From NCBI RefSeq assembly GCF_006345805.1, contig NC_043023.1, positions 5,518,001 to 5,582,000 on the forward strand: a stretch of 64,000 bases of DNA. Direction: 5' to 3'. Below the pieces are notes generated by a model. That model was not told the DNA's origin and searched no databases. It saw only the letters and a list, made by a program, of their open reading frames with translations. A program made the translations under genes and the position numbers. Source of the stretch: Octopus sinensis. Lineage: Eukaryota. This document shows positions 38,101 through 50,399 of the stretch, piece after piece (position 1 is the stretch's first letter; each line of letters opens with the position of its first letter).

Positions 38101-39805
38101 ATGTAAATAGAGGAAATCTTTATATATAAAAGTGAGGTTGTGTGTCTGTCTCCTACGATTTAGATTCCTAACTACTCCCACATTTTGCGGTGCAGTTTAA
38201 CCAAAACCGGGTATCTTATAGTCGTGATTCATATCGAGACCGTCTGGGTATTAGCGCGCGTCTACGATGAGTCTACGATTTAAAAAAATTTACCATCAAT
38301 TTTTCCCATTTTTAATCCATTTTTGACATATATAAGGGAAGTAACTCTCTAAAATTTATTATTAAATCTCAGAACGTAAAAAGCTACAGTAACACCCCCC
38401 TTTGTGGTTAGCCATATTGAGATGGCTATTATACTTTACATCTCTAAAAATGCTTATATAATTATTTCCCTTACAAACCCGAGCAACGCCGGGCGATACT
38501 GCTAGTTGTTATTATTAGCAGAAGTCATTTCCTTACCTTCTTCCTTAAAAGAAACCCTTGCATAGCGATATTTCTTGTCGCGGAAAATCCAGTCCACATC
38601 TGCCTGTGATATATATTTTAACAAAATAGTGGATGTATTACCACTCTGCTGAACTTCTACTCTGCCAGATTTATAACATGTTCTATCACATTCAAAGCTT
38701 TTATTCACATTTTTCCAGGTAACAGGTCGCTCCATGCTGGGTATTTCTTCAGTTTGAAGAGTCATGGTTCCTCCAAGTACAAAACTTCCTGAAATATATA
38801 TATATATATCAATATTACAGACTAGTTTCCCATATGAAAGATTTCAGGATTAAATTTAAAAACAAAAACATGACTATAAACTGAGGGAAGAGAAAGAAAT
38901 AAAAGAGAGAACTGAGAAGATAGTGTCCAGTTTAAAATGAGAAACAGGTTTCTTACCTTTTTTAATGATTTTGTAGACTCTTTCACATTGCGAGCCTAAA
39001 AGAGATGAAGACAAAAATATTTTCAAATTTTACATTTTTGAGTATTATTGTCGTCGTCATCGGCGTCATTTAATATCCGTTTTCCATGCAGAAATGAGTT
39101 GGACAGTTTAACCAGAGTTGACAAGATGGAGAGCTGCACAAGGCTCCAGTGGGATTTAGCATGCTGGGTGCTTTTATTTGGCACCACATGAGAGCCTGTT
39201 CATGGCACTGCCATGTGCTTTTTGTGTGGCAATGGCACAGAAATCTTGCAGGCCAATCTTCTTCAGCGGGGGAGTGAACTTAACATATCTGCTGTGGAGT
39301 ACAGCTCTCTTGAGTACAGCAAGGCCCCAAGCATTTTGGTTGTTTGTCATCTTGTCTGAAAGGCAAGTGGGAGTTGTAGGGTGTGGGACGTTGTCTCACA
39401 GTTGCTGACAGTAAACCTCATTTCTCCCTCTGACTAAGGTTCATGAAGTATTTATTTACCGTCACGTTACAATACCTTGCTTTGACAGGCAGGTTATGAT
39501 AAATCCAAAAGCATGCGAAGAAAAGTTTGTGTTTGTGTTCTCTTCATTGTTTAGTAGTAAATACAGAAAGAGATAGAATGATATTGTAAGAGAACAGAAT
39601 TAGAGCTAGTGAGAGTTGTAGGGTGTGGGATGTTGTCTCACAGTTGCTGACAGTAAACTTCATTTCTCCCTCTGACTAAGGTTCTAGCTGGTCAGCCAAT
39701 ACTGAAGGATTACCCACTAAAAAATAGAGCAAAAACAAATGAAAACTTACCATAAAAAAATGTAAACAAGGCAAAGAAGAAGAAGATGAATAGCTGACTG
39801 TCCAT
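32383..39805 (-). CDS. Intact 6-coding-exon gene (copy 2) for a 265-aa type I membrane protein with two atypical Ig-like domains
   Basis: Exons 39805-39751, 38995-38957, 38788-38537, 34187-34146, 33830-33579, 32540-32383 (55+39+252+42+252+158=798 nt). All have AG/GT boundaries and phase-1 introns, and splice into one open frame: MDSQLFIFFFFALFTFFYGSQC-ERVYKIIKKGSFVLGGTMTLQTEEIPSMERPVTWK...KEEGWQCKKEYKIGILKGNPVLGQSISLYVKDMPYMERPVVWRN...GKEDNERTK...IAISLCIFFFAGVMLFALIIISLWKISKKLV*. Confidence 0.85.
33579..33830 (-). CDS. Copy 2 Ig-like domain 2 exon (252 nt)
   Basis: ttattgcag| acceptor, G|GTAAGG donor; GNPVLGQSISLYV...PVVW...ECNKEYC...TSTLYIENITREDLFWRF. Confidence 0.85.
34146..34187 (-). CDS. 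Copy 2 42-nt micro-exon (G-WQCKKEYKIGILK-G), start of domain 2
   Basis: tttgaatag| acceptor, G|GTAAGT donor, phase 1-1. Confidence 0.8.
36433..38505 (+). mobile_element. Composite Helitron insertion specific to copy 2 (inner short Helitron 38117-38505)
   Basis: A|TCTCTTATTATAAAAG start, hairpin + CTAG|T end; interrupts gaatta|ttgttattattag, which is contiguous in copy 1 (about 9425-9445). Confidence 0.75.
36939..37421. repeat. 107-bp minisatellite, about 4.5 copies, inside the composite Helitron
   Basis: gataagacagtaaggtgtgatttg... recurs at 36939, 37046, 37153, 37260, 37367. Confidence 0.9.
38537..38788 (-). CDS. Copy 2 Ig-like domain 1 exon (252 nt, intact)
   Basis: atttcag| acceptor, G|GTAAGG donor; GSFVLGGTMTLQ...PVTW...ECDRTC...TSTILLKYISQADVDWIF. 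Confidence 0.85.
38957..38995 (-). CDS. Copy 2 39-nt micro-exon (G-SQCERVYKIIKK-G): end of signal peptide and start of domain 1
   Basis: ctcttttag| acceptor, G|GTAAG donor, phase 1-1, homologous to the 42-nt micro-exon. Confidence 0.8.
39751..39805 (-). CDS. Copy 2 signal-peptide exon (MDSQLFIFFFFALFTFFY-G)
   Basis: ATG, hydrophobic run, donor G|GTAAGT; acceptor tttttcag 3 nt upstream of the ATG. Confidence 0.85.
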
Positions 39806-40194
39806 AATCTGAAAAATAATTTTTAAAAAGAGTGAAAACTTGTTGTCTCAGTCCCATCAATGGGAGGAACTGATAATATTTTAGGTCTTATTTTAACTCC
39901 TTTTATTTTCAGAATTTCAGTCCCAATGTCTTCTGATGTCACTTACTCTCTCCTCCCTTTCCCAAAACACAAAATAACAAAAAATATTCATGTCAGATGT
40001 CTACTTAACAATCATGATGACATTGCTGTGGTATTTAACATTAGGTTATATATACGTGTATATATATAAAAGGCATCGTGTGTGTGTGCGTACGTGAATG
40101 TAATTTATGCATGTCCACAAATTAGCAAGCATATCGCTCTAATTTTAGGAGGACATTCGTCATGATCCTAGCTATATTTTCGTCAAATTATTTT

Positions 40195-40336
40195 CCCCTG
40201 AGGCACCAGTAAATAGCGCTAAAATAAATTTTCGACCTTAACAATTTTCACAGCAGAGAAATCCACCATTGTTTATACAAACACGAGTCAAATCCCCTTC
40301 TAGCAACGGTGTAAAGAGAGAGAGAGAGAGAGAGAC

Positions 40337-40369
<33 letters not shown>

Positions 40370-40525
40370 TCACTGATTTTTAAAATTTCGTCTTTTTACT
40401 GAGTGATTGACAGGCAAAAACAGACAGAAAGGTGTTGTTATGTATGTATGTGTGAATGACTTCAGTCACACACATACACACGAACATGTATGCATACAAA
40501 GACACATGTATGTGTGTGTTGCCCG

Positions 40526-40559
<34 letters not shown>

Positions 40560-41134
40560 CATACACACACACAATATAAACGATATTCTCCGTTTCTCCA
40601 CAACTAATTTCCAAATTTGCTGAATCCGTTGCTCTACTCATAGCAATATATAGCTGTTCGTGCATGAACATGGGAAAGAGCAGGGGTTACCAGAGCAAAA
40701 GACCCACATGTTGACTGTAGACATGCTCCTTCGCAAACGATCGGCTAATATTTTGTAAACAATGTTTCAAAACTGTCCATGTTTTCGAAAGGAGAGATCT
40801 GACTCTTTTCAACAATAACGTATACCAATTTTGATGTATTTTGTTCAAACTTGATGCCAGGATTACTTAGGACTCATGGGATCTTTGAATGCTTTAAGTT
40901 CTCCAAAAACGAAAAAAAAAAAAAAACAATCGATGAGTGGAAAAAATCAAGAAAGCAATTCCTAATGGGATTTCCCAATCAAATTGTCTGCAAAATTTCA
41001 GCCAAAAGTTTACCAATTTCAATGGATTTCACTCAAATTTGACGTCGATGTTACTTAGTTTGCTTTGAAATAAAGAGCTTGATTAGCTTAATAATCCTAA
41101 CTTAATCCCGAGCAAAGCCAGGCTATACTGCTAG
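40195..41134. mobile_element. Helitron-derived insertion specific to copy 2
   Basis: Minus-strand Pif1-helicase C-terminal motif FMHEQLYIAMSRATDSANLEI..TENIVY (about 40580-40670); plus-strand hairpin + CTAG at 41107-41134. Confidence 0.65.
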
Positions 41135-41491
41135 AATACGTATATTTCTAAGTATATCTCTACTGATTTTCTATAGAATTTCAGGTAAACAGTGAATCTT
41201 ATGATGTTTCATATACAAATATGTTTATGTAAATGATGTTATTAGAGACAGAAAAGATAGGTAATAGGTGTATGTACATATTTCGAGAGTTGTTGTCCTT
41301 TCATCAGCACCACATCCTACCCATCGACTATCCATAATGCCTAAAAGTGTTACACAGTGGGACTGAACCTGGAATCATGTGGTTGGGAAGCAAACTTGCT
41401 TGGTTTTAATAGTATTAAAATAGATTGTATTTGTATTTTATGGTCAGATCAAGGATCTCATCAAAGGCTGATGAAACCTGCTGCTCGTATC

Positions 41492-42470
41492 AGCAGGTTT
41501 GATGATAATGTCAGTGCGCCGTTGGAGGGAACGAAGAGCCGAGAGCTCAGCTGGGGAGATGTTGACGCGGTGGTGGCGCCTGGAGAAGTTGAACCGCTCC
41601 AACGCACGCTGACAGGCACCCGCGAAAAGATCCACTGCTAGGAATTGGCCGGGGGGCAGGCGTCCACAGATATGGTCAGCGGCCCAGGTCAGTGAAGCAG
41701 TCCTCATCGTTGGATGCGGGTGGCATGTCGCGGAAAAACGCACCCAACCGGACGCGGCGCACAAAGCTGTGGACATCAGCACGCGTCTGGAATTCCTTAC
41801 AGGATGGAGTGAGGGGGATGAAACGCAGACCCCTTCTGAGGACGGAGCGTTCTGCCGCAGAGAGGGGAAGATCAGGGGGTATGGTAACAACAGATGGAAG
41901 TGGAGAAGGGGTGGGTGAAATAGAAGTGGATGGAATAGGAGTAGGAGGGGTGGTAGGGCTGGTGGAGTTCTGACGGGGAGGGATTGGGGAGGTGTGTGGG
42001 GGTTGTTAGGTGTGGGTGGGTGGAGCCTATCAGGAGGGGAGAAGGGTAGTGGCGTCGGGTGTGGTGGAATAGAGGACTGATTGGAGTTTATGAAGTTTGG
42101 TATTGGAAAGAAATTGATGGAAGAGGTGATTCAAATGGATAATGAAGCGCAGCGTGTTTTGAGCATGGAAAGGTGGCAGAGAGGAGAAAAAGATGGAAAA
42201 AGCAGGAGGGAGAAGGCAGTCGATGGTATGTAGTTTAGAGAGATTGGAGCGAATGGTGGAACGCATAAGGCGGTAAGATGTGGTGCGGAGTATGGGTAAG
42301 ATGGAAGAAACAGAGTGGAGAGCAGGGTGGAAATGGAGGCGGAAACCTTTAGGGATGAGGCGGTGATGTAGGCAGCGGCTTAGAAAAGAGAGGTGGCTAG
42401 AGAAGCGGGATTTTTTTAAAAAAGGAGCAGAGAGAGGTTAATGGACGGCTGAAAGCAGTTTGAAGGGAGT
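41492..42470 (-). mobile_element. Penelope-like element N-terminal/pre-RT fragment
   Basis: GC-rich segment encoding ..GLRFIPTP..FVRRVRLGAFF..NISPAELSALRSLQRRTDIIIKPAD, broken at the PLE IIIKPADKG motif; present only in unit 2. Confidence 0.75.
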
Positions 42471-43217
42471 AGGCATTTCTTCAGAAATGTAAATAAACCC
42501 AATCTGTTTCTTAAACGAGGGACATATTCATACGGCACAGACTGTTTTCACCTCAGATCCCACTTCAGATGGCATGGATGCCGATTACATCGGAATTTAT
42601 TATATATTAAAAAAAAATTCCGAGTGTGGGGTGAGAAGTTTCGGAAAATTCAAACGAAACGGTTTTCTTTATTGGTAACTTTAAAAAAAAAGCATCGTTT
42701 TTTAATGAAAACGAAAAATAACAATCTTCCGCAGATGGTATACCAAAACTGGAACCATTTGGATGGCGATTTCCATAAAAATATGTGGTAATCTTGCATA
42801 TATACACCCTCGCCGACTTTGTTGCCTAACTGCCAGAAAAGTAGATACTTTTCAATGAAATTTTCTACAAATCGCTTAGATTCTGTAGATTCAGAATATA
42901 TAGGAATGTGTTGGAAAGAACTTTTCTGAAGAGGTGTGGAAAGTTTCTGAAAATTCATACGACCCGACTTTTTTTCCTCATAACTTTTAGTAATTTAACG
43001 AATTGCTTTTTCAAGCGGTTTTTTTTTTTTTGATATTTCTTTTAAAAAAATCTAAAATAATTTCTCGTTTTGTGTTGTTCTTTATTGCTTTTCATTCATC
43101 TTAATTTATTCAGTGAATGTTTCATTCTTTTCCCTTGGCTCACCTGTCCTACTACAGGGTTTATCCTGTTGTATCACCATAACTAAGTTACCTGAGATAC
43201 ACCTGCATGTTAATTAA

Positions 43218-44332
43218 CCCTTTCGTTACCAAACCGCCCAAAGCCGCCCGAAAAAAGTTTTGTTAATGTAACCAAACCGCCCAAAGCCGTCCGAATTTAC
43301 CTATTCATATTTAAATGAGAATATCAGAGCAAATCTCTTTAGTACATTCGTGAAAATACGTGATTATGCTTCGTAAACAGTTCATCTACAGTTTTGTACA
43401 ACGATCGACGTGTAATTTTAATTCCCTGAATTTTGGGAGACTTTTTTTCCATATTTTTTACGGCATCGATTCTTCTTCAACTTTGAAAATAGATAGGAGT
43501 TTCATGTTATCAAGCATTGATTCCGAATTGGAAAATTTGTGAAACAAATACTGGGTACTGTTGTGGATTTGGTTTTTATACAGGGAAACTAATGTTAGTC
43601 AGCATGGCCTAGGGTATGATGTGGTCTGGAAGTTATTGTTTGAAGCGATCAATGCAGAAACAAACTTACGCAGAATGTAAACAAACACAAAATGGGGGTT
43701 CAAATTTCGGAAAATTTGTGAAGCAAATACTGGGTACTGCGTGGATTTAGTTTTTATACAAGGAAAATAATGTTAGTCAGCATGGCCTAGGGAACGATGT
43801 CTGGAATTTATCACTTCCATACCATAACCAGGGTCGTATATTATTTTTTGACCGATTTCTTTAGTTCGGTCAAACTTACGGTGGATTCCAATATTTCAGT
43901 TTATTCCACCTTTATGGTACACCTGTTGTGCATTAAATTCAATTGATGATATAGTGATGTGCACAATTCTTCTTTATCAAAATTTTGTTGCATACCTATT
44001 TGAATATTAGCTGATGATTCATTTTCTATGGTGATGTTTAAACAAAATTTTTATATTTTTATCTTTTGCTCATTTTAAAATTTTAATATTTTTACCTTTT
44101 GCTCAATTTACCTGGATTTACCTGTAATTAAAGTCACTTTGAGACAAAAGTTATGCAATAGAATTGATTAAGAACCCTTTCTTTAATTATGTTCCAAATA
44201 TCACATTAATATGTTAATAAGTAAAAAAAGTTACAGTTATTTAATGAAACAAGCCTAGATTCATGATTATTTTAGAATTTAATTGAAACTCATGAGGGGT
44301 GTATTTTGGTCAGAAATATAGTAACGAAAGGG
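43218..44332 (+). mobile_element. Related piggyBac-like non-autonomous element, opposite orientation
   Basis: TTAA|CCCTTTCGTTAC...GTAACGAAAGGG|TTAA, perfect TTAA duplication. Confidence 0.85.
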
Positions 44333-45425
44333 TTAAACAGAAATACGAAAAAAAGAAAAACTGACGCGACTGAGCTGGAAAATAATATTCAAGAAATAAC
44401 ATAGAGGGGCTAACAAGTGCAGACAAACGGATCAATAATCGTGTGACAAGTCGCTCCTACAACGACTACCTATCCTATAACAAATGTTCCTACAACGACT
44501 ACCTATCCTATAACAAATGTTCATACAATTTCGGTTGAAAGTTATTAAACAACGTAAAAAAAATTATTTATGTTGTTTAGAAAAAACCCATGTTATGATG
44601 AGGTACCAAAGGTTTATGTAATTATGAGTATGATGGGGGTACTTAGAAAAAATTATTTATTTTGTTTAGGAAAAAAACCTACATAGCACACTCGCGCCAG
44701 GGAGTGGTTGTAGGATCGACTAGCAAGTGGTGTGCGGGGGGGGGTATGTGTGTGTGTGTGTATATGTTGGTGCAGAAATGGAATAGTCCATTCCATCTTG
44801 ACTATTCCATTTCTGCACGCAAATTTTATTTTAATTTATTCCCATAATTACATAAACGTTTGGTTCCTCATCATAACTTTTATTGAACTGGAGTCCAACC
44901 TAGACAAGTTAATAGGAATCCTAAACAATAAGGAAATATGTTATGTTCAGTCAGTCGTGCTTTTATTTAGTCGAGTTTCGTTAATTTCATTTTTCCCTTA
45001 AAAATTTCATCTACATATTTGAATTCCATTTTTTTTTTGTTTTGCATTTCTGACTTTTTTGATGTCTAAGGATGGATATTGTTGTGTCTGAGTCTATTGA
45101 TAGATACAACCTTTGTATTGAAAAATATTGAAAAATTAGAAAGCATCAATTAATGTTTTTTTTTTAAATTTTCTTTGCTAAAAACCCGTGTTTTCAGATA
45201 TGGAGATTCCAGAAAATTGCTAAAAATCGGTATTTTGCAATTAAAAACAATTTTCTTTGCTAAAAACTCAGACAACATCCTGTTACTGTTTGCTTTCGCC
45301 GTTGGAAAGCGATTATATATACGCGATGTGTGTGTGTGCATGGTGAACCACTCCGAAGAGGATGGACGGATAGAGAGACAGACAGACAGACAGATAGATA
45401 GAAAGACAGATAGATAGATAGATAC

Positions 45426-45478
<53 letters not shown>

Positions 45479-45557
45479 GAGACAGACAGACAGATAGATA
45501 GAGAGACAGACAGACAGATAGATAGAGAGACAGATAGATAGATAGATAGATAGATAA

Positions 45558-45749
45558 GTTTCTTTATTGGCCACACAGGGCTGCACACAGATGGGACAAG
45601 TTACAAAGTAGAGCTTTTCTTTTGGGGGAGAAAAAAAAAGGTGGCGTAGGTTTTCGATCAAAAGGGATCGTAAAAGGGAAAAAAGAACAAAAAAAAGGAA
45701 CAGAAAAAAGGAAAAAGGGAATAGATAGATAGATAGATAGGTAGATAGG

Positions 45750-45815
<66 letters not shown>

Positions 45816-45972
45816 TGTTTCTTTATTAGCCACACAGGGCTGCACACAGATAGAACAAATTACAAGGTAGAGCTTTTCTTTTGAAGGTATTAAAAAAAAA
45901 TTAAAAAAATAGGAAGGGGGAGGTTCGATCAAAAGGGATCGTAAAAGGAGAGAAAGAGGACAAAAAAAAGGG

Positions 45973-46011
<39 letters not shown>

Positions 46012-48271
46012 ATCAATAGGGATCGTTATCACAGAAATGTCAATATGAAGTGTAAAGGGGAGGACAGGTGAGGTTTACCCGTGGAAAGAAAAGCCTACGG
46101 AAAAGACCACGGTAACCTCGGTCAATGAAGTCACATTTTATATTTCTTTTTTTTTTTTTTTTTTTTGCAAATAAGTAACTCTCTGTTTTCGATTTCTGGT
46201 TCATAGGACTATGCTCAAGGTGGCTTCGTCATTCATACGTGCCATTCTTGCAACATTCACCCATCTTTTTTTAAAACATTCGCTAGACAAAACTTGCCTC
46301 TCTACTCTCACTTTCCTTTTCAAGTGGTACTTGAAGAAGTTGATGAGAGATTGACCAGAGAGGAAAGTGTTTGTCTCCAATCCTTTCAGACGCGTCCACC
46401 AGATACATTCTTTCGCCATAGCCACAAGGATGATGAAAATAGCTCTTCCTTCCCGTTTGAAGGAAGGAGGCGTGACAATATTGACGATAGACTCAGCTGA
46501 TAAACCGACTCGTCCCACACGTGACAGCAGTTGTTCGACATAAGCCCACAGGTCGGAAATTGTTGGACACTGAACGAGTGCGTGCAGAACGGTTTCGTCG
46601 CTCTGACCGCATCTCGGGCAGGTCGGCCCCGTGTTTCTCGAGCCGTGTCTGTAGAGTTATCCCGAACGGGTAGCGCTTCTCGGTAGCACTGCCAGGCCAG
46701 GGATCTCTGGAAGTTGTCCATGGGCCCTGGCCCGAAAGTCGTCCCGAACAGGCGGGTCAGGTACTCCTCGTCGACGTCCAGGTTCGCCCCGAGCTCGTCG
46801 TCGTACCTCCCCTCCACTAAACCCCTATAGAATGCTTTGGTTGTGTTGAAGTCACTTAAGGTCGACCCAGGACGGCAGACTTGCTTGAGAGCAACGCGAC
46901 ACTCGCGGTGCCATTCGCCCTTCCTCGGCCTCTTTTTGATCCACGACTGCAGTTCGGTCATGGAGACGAGCTGCGGGAAAGCGTGCCTCACAAACGGCGA
47001 CCACACCTGTTCACCGTCGTCTACATAGAGCCAGAGATGTCGCAGTCTCAGCGCGTGTCTGCGCATCATCAACCACGGCATGCCCAGCCCTCCTTTTAAC
47101 GGGTGTTGACAGCAAATGGATCGCCTGACCATCGGGACGCATCCTTTCCACAAGAAGCGAAAGAGGATGCGTTGTAGTTTGGTGATGGTAGGGTCGGAAC
47201 AAGGTACGACGGTCAGGCGGTAGTAGATGACGGACGCGATGTACATGTTCGCCACCTCCGCTCGACCTTTTAGGGACAGTTTCCTCTCGGCCCATTGCCG
47301 GGCGAGAGTCACCACCCTACTCGTTATCTCGTTCCAGTTCTTCTCCACTTGGAGGTCCGGACCAAACCAGACCGAGCAACTCAACCGGGCCGTCGGTCCA
47401 GCGTCCCACGACGGAGGCGCTGGTGGACGGCATGGGCTTGCTTCTCCAGGTGCCTAGTCGCAAGCCCACTGACTTTTCCCGGTTGATTTTCGCTCCTGTC
47501 ACCGCTTCGTAGTTTTCAGTGTCTCGCCGACCAGCTCGATGTGCTCGTGGCTAGACACTATGACCGTGACGTCGTCCGCGTATGCAGACACGCTCGTCCC
47601 GCATCCCAATTCTCGCGGGATGCCCCTTAGAGTCGCCAGCTTCCGCAGTAGTGGCTCAAGAGTCAATACGTATAGAAGCGCCGAGAGGGGGCATCCCTGA
47701 CGGACCGAACGTGCAATGTCGAAAGGTCTCGATAGATGTCCATTTACGCGAATTACCGAACGGATGCCTCTGTACAAGGCAGCTATCCAGCCGCGGAAGA
47801 CGGGACCGAAACCAGCCGCTCTCAGGACTGCCTCCAAGTATCGATGGTCTACCCTATCAAAGGCTTTTGATTGATCCAAGTTGATCAGGGCCCCACCCAT
47901 GCCAGGTTCGTTAACTACCCTGTCTATGATGTAGCGCATCAGATGGAGGTTGTCATGGATGGTCCGGCCTGGCACGGCGCATGTTTGCGCCTTGTCGACC
48001 AGTTTCTCGATGACAAGCGCCAACCTCTTGGCTAGCACCTTGGCCAAAATTTTCAAGTCTGCATTAAGCAGAGTGATGGGCCTAAAGTTATCTATTACAT
48101 TTCCCTTGTTTAGATCTTTCTTCAGCAGTGTTACGGCTCCTCGGCTCACAAAACCAGGAATGCTCCCGTTTTGCTGCAGTTGCAGTACACCGCCGCCAAG
48201 AGATCTCCAAACAAGTCTGGCGATCTCTTGGCGGCGGTGTACTGCAACTGGCAGCAAAACGGGAGCATTCC
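45558..48271 (-). mobile_element. 5'-truncated L1/Tx1-clade LINE embedded in (GATA)n, plus a second related 3'-end fragment (45558-45721)
   Basis: RT motifs [36 protein letters not shown]; C-terminal knuckle CPRCGQSDETVLHALVQC; AATAAA followed by a (TATC)n tail; about three frameshifts. Confidence 0.9.
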
Positions 48272-49315
<1,044 letters not shown>

Positions 49316-50399
49316 TCTAAAGGAAAAGATCCTTTTTTTTTACTGCCCACAAGGGGCTAAACATAGAGGGGGCAAACAAGGACAGACAAACGGATTAGTG
49401 TTGCATCATCTTTGAAGAACACAGTTGAAATGACACAGGATGAACTCCATCCTACAATGTTTTACATCAACAGCTTAGACCTTGCCATTTGCCAGAAGAT
49501 CTTGTGATTCAGTTCTTTCGCCATGCTGAAGGAACTCAGGTTTTGAAACTGTTTATAAAATGTGTCTATCGGGCATGGATTTTATGTGACTGAGTAATTA
49601 AATTATCTAATAAATGTACTATATTAATGCAGAAATAAGGCAGATATTTATAACTGGTCTGCAGAATTTAATGAAAAATTCTGTCCCACAAACAAAAGAT
49701 GGATTCAGCACAAAAGGAAGAAAAAAACTACATGCAGCAGAATGCTGGTTCAAGCAACCCCACCCTGTCCATGTAGGAGAGAATTTCATTGATAGGCTTT
49801 TCGGAGTTACTTTAACAACTGCAACTCTAAAGTCAATGGACAAAATAAAGATCTTACCTTCACTTTGGAAATAACTTGAGATTAATTCAGTCACAAATTA
49901 CAATTTGTGTTGCAAATAATTCGGAAGACACTGTGCAGATTACGGATAAAACGATAAATGGGTGATCCTTCAATAAGGATTGGCTGAAACCTGTCATTGG
50001 GCGTAGCTAAGAAATTCCTATACCAGGTATGTAATCATGCGACAAAACCATTATTCCACTAAAATTATATCAAATTACAAGTCGTGACTGAATAAAGTAT
50101 TAATTTCAAACCTAAATTTTTGTCATTTTTGTCATTCCACTTCTCTTAACTCAACGTTTATAATAATAATAATAATAATGAAATTATTGTATACAGTGCT
50201 CAGGTGCACCACAACTTGTCAGAAAGTGCATATAAAGTACATGCAGTAATGTAGAAATGTCTGGAAAGCGAACAATGTATGATGCTACTAATATGCACAC
50301 AGTAGTTTCTAGATGCCTAATAATATAGCATTCAGTTTTTTAAGAAAATTTGATAGTGCAATGAACATTGATATAAAATGACGCTAGCGACTTACATTT

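Larger units (their letters stand above)
26058..41491 (+). repeat. Segmental duplication: second copy of window region 1-12040, with copy-specific insertions
   Basis: Co-linear near-identical blocks: 1-150 = 26058-26206, 150-3960 = 27380-31210, 4220-6790 = 31825-34400, 8900-9430 = 35900-36432, 9435-12037 = 38506-41491. Further shared blocks at 17240-17870 = 42476-43100 and 20680-21050 = 44390-44720. Confidence 0.9.

Noticed and set aside
49400-49900. ORFs of 86 and 91 aa on opposite strands
   Set aside because: No recognisable homology and no coherent splice partners
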